64,000 bases of DNA, taken from the sequence record NC_016163.1; one strand, given 5' to 3'. The notes beneath the pieces are model-generated. The model had not been told where the DNA came from, did no database searches, and saw only the letters and a list, made by a program, of their open reading frames with translations. Positions 57,452 through 64,000 of the stretch are shown here, piece by piece (the stretch's first letter is position 1; each line of letters opens with the position of its first letter). Made by a program: the position numbers and the translations under genes.

Positions 57452-60400
57452 TTACTCTTCTAGGATATCTAAAACTTGGCGTTTAAGTTCAATAAGAACT
57501 TTGTTAGCTCCACCTTGTAAATAGAAGTCCATTGTCATACGGCTAATGATTGAGAGAGGCGACAATAGTGCTGATACTTCTTCCTCTGGATGAAGTTCAG
57601 AATAAGGCGCTTTCTCAGTATCAACTGTATTAGCAACGATGGTTTTAAGACTAGTAAAGAACGTAATTTTATCACCAACATCTAATGGGTCTAAATGCTG
57701 AATGAGATATTGAATAACTACACCTTGTACTTCATTACCCATAAGTTTATTCGATTCGATCATTTCAGTAGAAGGAGTCTGAATAAATTCATCAGGAGAG
57801 ATATTCTTAAGAGAAGATGATTTTTCATCATATTTTTCAATATAACTTTGTACTACTTTTCTTAAGGTAGGGTGCATTTTTTCAATAGGAGTATTATAGT
57901 AGAGTTTCATATCTACTATTCTACCAGCATACTTAGCTTTTGCAGAAGAACGAGCCAACTCACTAATGGAAGCTTGAGTTTGTTTATCAAGTTTTTCTAA
58001 GGCAGCAATAGCTAATGCTTCATCATTCCCTACTTCTTCAAAGATAACAAGCGCATCATTAACTTCGATTTCATCACCAACTTGAGCCATTTTGATGATT
58101 CGGGAATTAGCCTTAAGGATAACATCACGTTTGTTAATAACTTCAGAAGAAAGATCTTTAGAAAGGGTATCAGTTACTACAGCACTATCCTCAAATGTTT
58201 CAGGGAGAGCCATAATAGCAACTTTAGATAAACGTCCACCTGCAAAGCAAATGCTTCCATCAAGAGTTTCTTTAAAGAAATTCTTATCATATGCTATTAC
58301 TTTACCAGCTTTAAACTTGCTTCCAACTTTAATACCATTAACTAAATCCAATTTATTTTGGATGTAGAAACCGCCACCTGAGTTTTTAGCAGCTTTCATA
58401 CTGATATCGATTGCAGAAGTTGTACCATCAATATATTCAATGAATACAAGATTTTTTTCTTCATCAATACTAGTAATTTTACCGTCTTTAACCGCTTTCC
58501 AAGCAAATTCTTGACCAATAATATGAGCAAGAGCCTTATCAACACCAGTACCTACAAGAGTAGGATGCTGAACTTTAGTATTAATAATATGCTTGTTCTG
58601 AGTAGTTGCCATGATTGCCCTAGGAGCATCAGCATGTTTTGGAGTAAACCCGTTAACCAACTCAGCAGCACTAAATAAGTTATCTGCAGTGAAATCCTTG
58701 ATATCCTTCTCACGAATATAGCCCCTAATTGTATCAATTTTGGGGTTAAACGCCATAGAACGGTTTACACCTATCTGTGCCGAAATTGGTGAGAAAATAC
58801 CATAAAGACCGAGCATTGTCTTACTATAAGCACGGTTCTCAGCAATATAAGAATCTTCTGAGTTCAGACCAGATGGCCCTTTAAATGTAACCTTACTTTT
58901 CGCTTCAATTTCTTGAATAGGGTTAAGAGTTGAATATTCTTCAACGTTAGGCATAGCCTGAATACGTCTAATAACATCATCTCTCTTAACTGAAATAGTT
59001 TGAGGTACACCAGAACCAGTAGAACGCTTATAGTTGTTAAATGCATCCACTAAAGAGTTATAAAAAGCTACTGCAATTACTTCACTATCACGGATACGAA
59101 AATGATACATGTCATTTTTTCTATCACGTTGGTAGTCACCTAGAAGGTTATTACCGTATAACAGAAGTTCTGTGAAGTTAGTAGGCATTTTAAGTTCTTT
59201 AAGAATCTCTAGAGTGATAGGATCAATCATGGAGTTTTCAAAGTTAACCAATGCTTTTGCAGTGTTACGACTACCTGAATGAGTCTCAAAATAATCAAGG
59301 AAGATAGGAGACATTCGAGTAGCTTCTTCCAGTTTATATTCATTTGCATTCAAGAATAATAAGCCGTTAGCAAAAAGTTCTTTTGCTGGATCAAACTTAG
59401 TATCAATAAATACATAAAAATCACTGAAAGTTAATAGGACTTCGGAATCAGTTTTAGCTACACGTTTCTCTTCAATACGATAAGGAATATCATAAAGATC
59501 AAGAGCTGGAAGGAGACCTCTATATGCTGCTACCAGTACACCCAATGCTACAGATGTAGATACAATCTTCATGTTTGTATAAGACAAACTTAGAGACGGT
59601 TTAGTAGATTTTAATGCATCTTGAATTTCAGGGTCTTTACTACCAGTAAGAATATCTAGAATAAACTTAGTAAGATTATCTGAAAGAGCTTCATATTTCT
59701 TACCAGTTTCATAACCTACGATATTTCTTGTAGCAATTTCTTCTAAAATAACTGTTTTACCTTTGAAACCAATAGGAATATACTTATCGTAATCAATAGT
59801 AATTTTCTTATTAGCTAAAGTTTCCCTGATTTCCTTTTGGTTAAGACGAATATCATAACCTTCAAGAGAAATAGCAAAGAGCTTACGGGATAAATAGTTA
59901 TATGGAATACTGATATTAAACTCTAAGTTGGATTCGTAGCTGTTACCATGTTTCTTAGTGATACTAGCTATTTCTTTACCAACTAGAATTCGAATTACTC
60001 TATCGATTTGACCATTAATCTTATCTCCTTTACGATATAAGAAGGTCTTTTTATAGTTAGTAGTAATTTGAACCCTATCGTTCGCTTCTTTGATTACTGG
60101 AAGAACGATAGATTGTTTAGCAATAAAGTTTTTGTTACCATTAATCAGCATGAAACCATCATGTGAAAGAATAGGAACATTTACCCTAAATTGATGGCGT
60201 TTGAAAGTTTTATCCATATATTCGATATGGTATTCATTAGCCTTAGTCAAAGGGTTAGATACATTAGTTACTTCGAGTTTAGTTACTACTACAGGATGTT
60301 CAGGATCATTATTCAAACATTTGATAATATTTGCAATGTCCTTTTTAAATCCTTTCTTATAATAACTATGAGTAATAGAACTAGTACGGAAAGATTTTAC

Positions 60401-61633
60401 TTTAGGGTTAATGATACTATCATCATTTACTCTAATATCTTCAAGCGTATTAGATTCAGCAAGTTTATTTGCTTCTAATTCAAATTCTTTTAATGCAGCT
60501 TCTTGAAGCTTTAAGTTATTATTAAGGAATTTTTCATTTTCCTCTCTAACTTTTTCAGTATAAGCATTAACGGTAGATGTATTTAAAACAGTATCTAAAT
60601 CAATATCACCATCTTTTAAAGCACCATCTACAATTTCTAAATCAGGAGCTTCACTATCAGTAGAACTACCAATAGTGTATTTATCGTCTTCTACAGAATC
60701 ATTATCAGTAGAATTATCGTCATTAGTTTTTTCTTCAGACTCATCTTCAGTGGAATCATCTGTAGCAGTGAATCGTTTAGAATCAGGTTCATTATCTGTA
60801 GATTCTGAATCATCTTCATCTTCGTCATGCTGATAAGCTAATGATTGATCATATAACTCTTGATCTTTAGGGTCAATTTTAGTTACTACTTCTAAATCAG
60901 GATCATTTACTTCCTGTTTCTGAGCAATAGCTTTACCAAGTTTAATTACTTTATTAATTAAATTGATAATTTGAGTTTTCTTATTAATATCATTCAAATC
61001 AGGTCTATAAACTAGATTACCAATTTGATGGAAGAAAACTAAATCAATTCCCTTAAAGAGATCATTAATTACTTTAGGTTCTTTTTTCAAACCATATAAG
61101 AAAGTATTGATAAAGAAATCAGGTTCTTCATCTAAGTCAAGAAATAATTGATAATCTACTTTCTTAGGTAATTGACTGATAAAGCTCTTAATGATGTTCT
61201 TAAACATCATGTAACCAGTTACATAAGTTTTCTTTTTATTTGCACAATATTGGTTATATGATTCTCTATATTTAGACAAATCAGCAAATACTGGCTTATT
61301 GGAGAACTTAGGTGATTCAATTAAATCAATGGTTTTTAATCTAGAAAAAAGAATACGAGAGTTCTTTAGCTCCAGATAGTAGTCATTAGCTCCTACAGAA
61401 TCTTTCCTAGTAGTCATTGTATTAGGATTGATTTTAATAGGAGGATAAAAGATTTTCTTAGTACTATTAGGTATGACTCGAATCATCTCAAAGTCACGTT
61501 CTATACTAGTAACAGAGTTGTCATTAAATAAAATATTACATAAAGGTTTCTTTCTTTTAGAGATATTAACTAAAAGTTTTTCCACTTTGTATATTTTATT
61601 AGGTCTTACTCTATCTATATTGATGATAGCCAT
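57452..61633 (-). CDS. rpoB: multisubunit RNA polymerase beta-like subunit, probably of the virion RNAP
   Basis: DGFMLINGNK, NPIQEIEAKSKVT..GPSG, RAIMATTQNKH, FEDSAVV, GDKIT, PLSIISRMT; start moved to ATG 61633 after AGGT; late promoter at 61668-79. Confidence 0.9.
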   Translation of the reverse strand: MAIINIDRVRPNKIYKVEKLLVNISKRKKPLCNILFNDNSVTSIERDFEMIRVIPNSTKKIFYPPIKINPNTMTTRKDSVGANDYYLELKNSRILFSRLKTIDLIESPKFSNKPVFADLSKYRESYNQYCANKKKTYVTGYMMFKNIIKSFISQLPKKVDYQLFLDLDEEPDFFINTFLYGLKKEPKVINDLFKGIDLVFFHQIGNLVYRPDLNDINKKTQIINLINKVIKLGKAIAQKQEVNDPDLEVVTKIDPKDQELYDQSLAYQHDEDEDDSESTDNEPDSKRFTATDDSTEDESEEKTNDDNSTDNDSVEDDKYTIGSSTDSEAPDLEIVDGALKDGDIDLDTVLNTSTVNAYTEKVREENEKFLNNNLKLQEAALKEFELEANKLAESNTLEDIRVNDDSIINPKVKSFRTSSITHSYYKKGFKKDIANIIKCLNNDPEHPVVVTKLEVTNVSNPLTKANEYHIEYMDKTFKRHQFRVNVPILSHDGFMLINGNKNFIAKQSIVLPVIKEANDRVQITTNYKKTFLYRKGDKINGQIDRVIRILVGKEIASITKKHGNSYESNLEFNISIPYNYLSRKLFAISLEGYDIRLNQKEIRETLANKKITIDYDKYIPIGFKGKTVILEEIATRNIVGYETGKKYEALSDNLTKFILDILTGSKDPEIQDALKSTKPSLSLSYTNMKIVSTSVALGVLVAAYRGLLPALDLYDIPYRIEEKRVAKTDSEVLLTFSDFYVFIDTKFDPAKELFANGLLFLNANEYKLEEATRMSPIFLDYFETHSGSRNTAKALVNFENSMIDPITLEILKELKMPTNFTELLLYGNNLLGDYQRDRKNDMYHFRIRDSEVIAVAFYNSLVDAFNNYKRSTGSGVPQTISVKRDDVIRRIQAMPNVEEYSTLNPIQEIEAKSKVTFKGPSGLNSEDSYIAENRAYSKTMLGLYGIFSPISAQIGVNRSMAFNPKIDTIRGYIREKDIKDFTADNLFSAAELVNGFTPKHADAPRAIMATTQNKHIINTKVQHPTLVGTGVDKALAHIIGQEFAWKAVKDGKITSIDEEKNLVFIEYIDGTTSAIDISMKAAKNSGGGFYIQNKLDLVNGIKVGSKFKAGKVIAYDKNFFKETLDGSICFAGGRLSKVAIMALPETFEDSAVVTDTLSKDLSSEVINKRDVILKANSRIIKMAQVGDEIEVNDALVIFEEVGNDEALAIAALEKLDKQTQASISELARSSAKAKYAGRIVDMKLYYNTPIEKMHPTLRKVVQSYIEKYDEKSSSLKNISPDEFIQTPSTEMIESNKLMGNEVQGVVIQYLIQHLDPLDVGDKITFFTSLKTIVANTVDTEKAPYSELHPEEEVSALLSPLSIISRMTMDFYLQGGANKVLIELKRQVLDILEE

Positions 61634-62147
61634 ATTACCTACCAATATGAGTTATGTATGTAAATTCTAAAACTATGTTTGAAAAATACTAAAATTACCA
61701 CTTTTCTAAAAATAGTAAGAATTTACATTGAAATAAAATTCCCTATTACACTTTAGAAATGTAATAGGGGTTTAACTTTTGTTCTGTATTCCTTGCTAAT
61801 TATTTAATATTTCGAACGTTAGTGAGAAATATTAAATAATAATTAGGTTTATATCGAAATTAGATTTATTTACGTAGTAAATAAATTTAATGAGATATAA
61901 ACATCCTAACCCCTAAATCCCCTTTCCTTCGTGACATTTTGGAAGTTTAAGAGAATCTAGGAATTAGTTAATGTTTAATGGTAAATTTTATACTCATTAA
62001 TTATTTTTCTATTTCTATCAGAATGTTAGTAAATTTAAATTTTAAATTTTTGATAAAAATTATTACATCTTTAAAAGATTTATTATTTAATACAAAATTT
62101 TTAGATAATTAAAATTTTAAAATGATAATTAAAGACATATTATTTAC

Positions 62148-62176
62148 TTGACTTAAGATAGTTATTAATCTATAAT
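62148..62176 (+). promoter_or_regulatory. near-consensus host sigma70 promoter
   Basis: TTGACT, 17-nt spacer, TATAAT, 43 nt upstream of the HAM1 ATG. Confidence 0.85.
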
Positions 62177-62219
62177 AATATTAATAACGAATTACAACCA
62201 AAGGCGAGAAACGAAAGAT

Positions 62220-63296
62220 ATGCAACCTATTGAGGGTATTGACAAAGCTATTAAAGATCTTACCAGTCTAACTAAGTCATATCAACATCTACCAGTATCG
62301 AATAATATACAAGTAGAAATTGCGAATCTTTTCAAACTTCGTGATCTTGTTAACTATAATTGTAGTCAGTTTCCAAGTCAAACTGAACTAGCTGCAATTT
62401 ATCGTCGTATATCTGGTAATGTTACGTTTGAAAAGGCAGTTAATAAAGGTCGTAGAAATGTTAGTAATTTCAATCTACGATTTGCAACCACGAATAAACA
62501 TAAGCTGAAAGAATTTCTAGAGTATGTAGAATCTGATCAGACTTATCAATGTATGTCTGCTTTCTTCAATGTAAGTGACAAAGTACTTGAAGAACTAGAC
62601 GTACCAGAGACAGAAACTTCGTTTACTTATAATGCATTATTAAAATCTAATAAGTATTCTGAAAAGTATCTTGATTCTCTAATCATGTCTGAGGATTCAG
62701 GCTTGATTGTACCTATTCTTGGATGTAACGTTCCAGGAGTAATTTCGGCTCGTTATGGTTTTCAAAATGAAGGCTTAGAACTGGCTGAAAACTTCCGTAA
62801 GTATTATATTACAGAAACTACTATGACATCTAGTCAAAAGGAAGAATGTAATCGTTTACTAGATAACCGAGATATTCGAAATTGTGTAGTTATTCTATGT
62901 TCCATTGTAGAAAAAGCTCAAAACGATTTAGAAAATAATTATCCAGCTATCCTTACTACAACTGCAGCTTTGTCATATCATGGAAAAGAAATCCGCAATG
63001 CAACTGGTACCTTAAATGGTATTATTAGTACTAGACTAATTAAGAGTCTTTTTAGTAATAGTATTGGCGTTAAAGATTTTCTATTAGCGCTTCGTGGTTT
63101 TGGTTACAATCCGATTTTCCAAATTTCGGAATCTTATATGCCTTATGATGACCACGGGGTATTATTCTCTGTAGCATCAACAGTAAGATTAGAAGATACG
63201 AAAGGTTATTTCAACCATCGTAGAAATGCATTTAACGCAGTTTTATTAAGTCTTATCAGTTCTGTAGTTTTACCTTCCAGCGAATTCGAAAGCTGA
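62220..63296 (+). CDS. rdgB: HAM1/RdgB-family NTP pyrophosphatase with extensions
   Basis: FATTNKHKLKE, ET...F..NALLK, SEDSGL.V..LG..PGVISARY, GFGYNPIF, NHRR.A. Confidence 0.9.
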   Translation: MQPIEGIDKAIKDLTSLTKSYQHLPVSNNIQVEIANLFKLRDLVNYNCSQFPSQTELAAIYRRISGNVTFEKAVNKGRRNVSNFNLRFATTNKHKLKEFLEYVESDQTYQCMSAFFNVSDKVLEELDVPETETSFTYNALLKSNKYSEKYLDSLIMSEDSGLIVPILGCNVPGVISARYGFQNEGLELAENFRKYYITETTMTSSQKEECNRLLDNRDIRNCVVILCSIVEKAQNDLENNYPAILTTTAALSYHGKEIRNATGTLNGIISTRLIKSLFSNSIGVKDFLLALRGFGYNPIFQISESYMPYDDHGVLFSVASTVRLEDTKGYFNHRRNAFNAVLLSLISSVVLPSSEFES

Positions 63297-63491
63297 AGGT
63301 AATCTATAGGGTTTATAAAAGATCTTCACCACATAACAGGTTTATGTGAGACTAGGATACCGACATCCTAAAAACCTACTTATTGAAAATTTAAAGCATA
63401 AATTGCTGATATATTATTTTAGTGAGTAGGATGACGTATTTGTCAATCACTTTATCATTTCAAACAAATCTCTAAACAAGGAATACTTATC

Positions 63492-64000
63492 ATGGCTAAA
63501 AAACCTGGCTTTCTGGACAAACTGAAAAAAGGCAAAACCGCTTCTAAAGAAGAAGAAACTCTGAAAAAGGGTAAAGCTGCTGTAGAAGACGATGAAGAGG
63601 AAGAAGAAGAGGAGGAAGAAGTTGCTCCTAAGAAATCTTCTAAAAAGCCTGTCCTGAAAAAAGGTAAGAAACCTGTCGTCGAAGAAGAAGAAGACGATGA
63701 GGAAGAAGAGGAAGATGATGCTGAAGAAGAAACCGAAGACGATGAGTCTGAGGAAGAATCTGATGATGAAGAGGAAGAAGAAGAAGAGGAGGAAGTAGCT
63801 CCTAAGAAATCTTCTAAGAAATCTCTTCCTGTTAAGAAAGGTAAAAAAGCTCCTGTCGTTGAAGACGACGAGGAAGAAGAAGAGGAAGACTCCGAAGAGG
63901 AGGAAGAAGATGATGAAGAGGAGGAAGTAGCTCCTAAGAAATCTTCTAAGAAAGTAGCTCCTAAAAAAGCTGCTGCTCCTGCTAAGAAAGCCGCTAAGAA
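63492..64000 (+). CDS. highly charged low-complexity protein, truncated by the window end and absent from the ORF track
   Basis: AAGGA SD, early motif at 63409; open frame MAKKPGFLDKLKKG... with alternating poly-D/E tracts and VAPKKSSKK x3. Confidence 0.9.
   Translation, partial: MAKKPGFLDKLKKGKTASKEEETLKKGKAAVEDDEEEEEEEEEVAPKKSSKKPVLKKGKKPVVEEEEDDEEEEEDDAEEETEDDESEEESDDEEEEEEEEEVAPKKSSKKSLPVKKGKKAPVVEDDEEEEEEDSEEEEEDDEEEEVAPKKSSKKVAPKKAAAPAKKAAK

Noticed and set aside
58092-61670. Plus-strand ORFs opposite the RNAP beta gene, and similar ones over sbcC, phoH, prs and the RT
   Set aside because: Antisense or alternate-frame shadows of well-supported genes
1-64000. CRISPR array, introns, inteins, transposases
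   Set aside because: No regularly spaced direct repeats; the RNAP, NAMPT and SbcC frames are uninterrupted with no intein motifs; the NAMPT insertion lacks splicing residues

Overview
A very AT-rich segment of a jumbo myophage genome (roughly 30% GC by eye, not computed). Its promoter grammar and multisubunit RNA polymerase point to the AR9/PBS1/phiR1-37-like group; this placement is an inference. Layout: (1) 1-11.4 kb, about 44 overlapping mini-ORFs, most sharing an N-terminal M-x-[IVT]-x-[KR] signature; (2) 11.5-14.4 kb, late genes (ART-like, amidase-like, gp53-like wedge); (3) 14.5-21.3 kb, a minus-strand early operon (PhoH, guanylate-kinase-like, unknowns); (4) 21.5-33.8 kb, early metabolism and accessory genes (Nudix, SbcC/Rad50, PRPP-synthetase-like + HNH + NAMPT-like as a probable NARP1 module, HicB-like, lipoprotein, NTase) plus a candidate late sRNA; (5) 33.8-50.3 kb, virion module (prohead protease, 2553-aa tail protein with transglycosylase, M15 peptidases, RusA); (6) 54.2-56.2 kb, a stand-alone 690-aa reverse transcriptase with its own early promoter and terminator; (7) ClpP-like protease, RNAP beta-like subunit, a structured AT-rich spacer, a sigma70-driven HAM1-family pyrophosphatase, and a truncated charge-block disordered protein. 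Two promoter motifs recur: ATATATTAT (early-type) and AACA-N6-TA (late-type). No tRNA, rRNA, CRISPR array, intron or intein was seen. All family calls come from motif recognition by eye; no database search was run.
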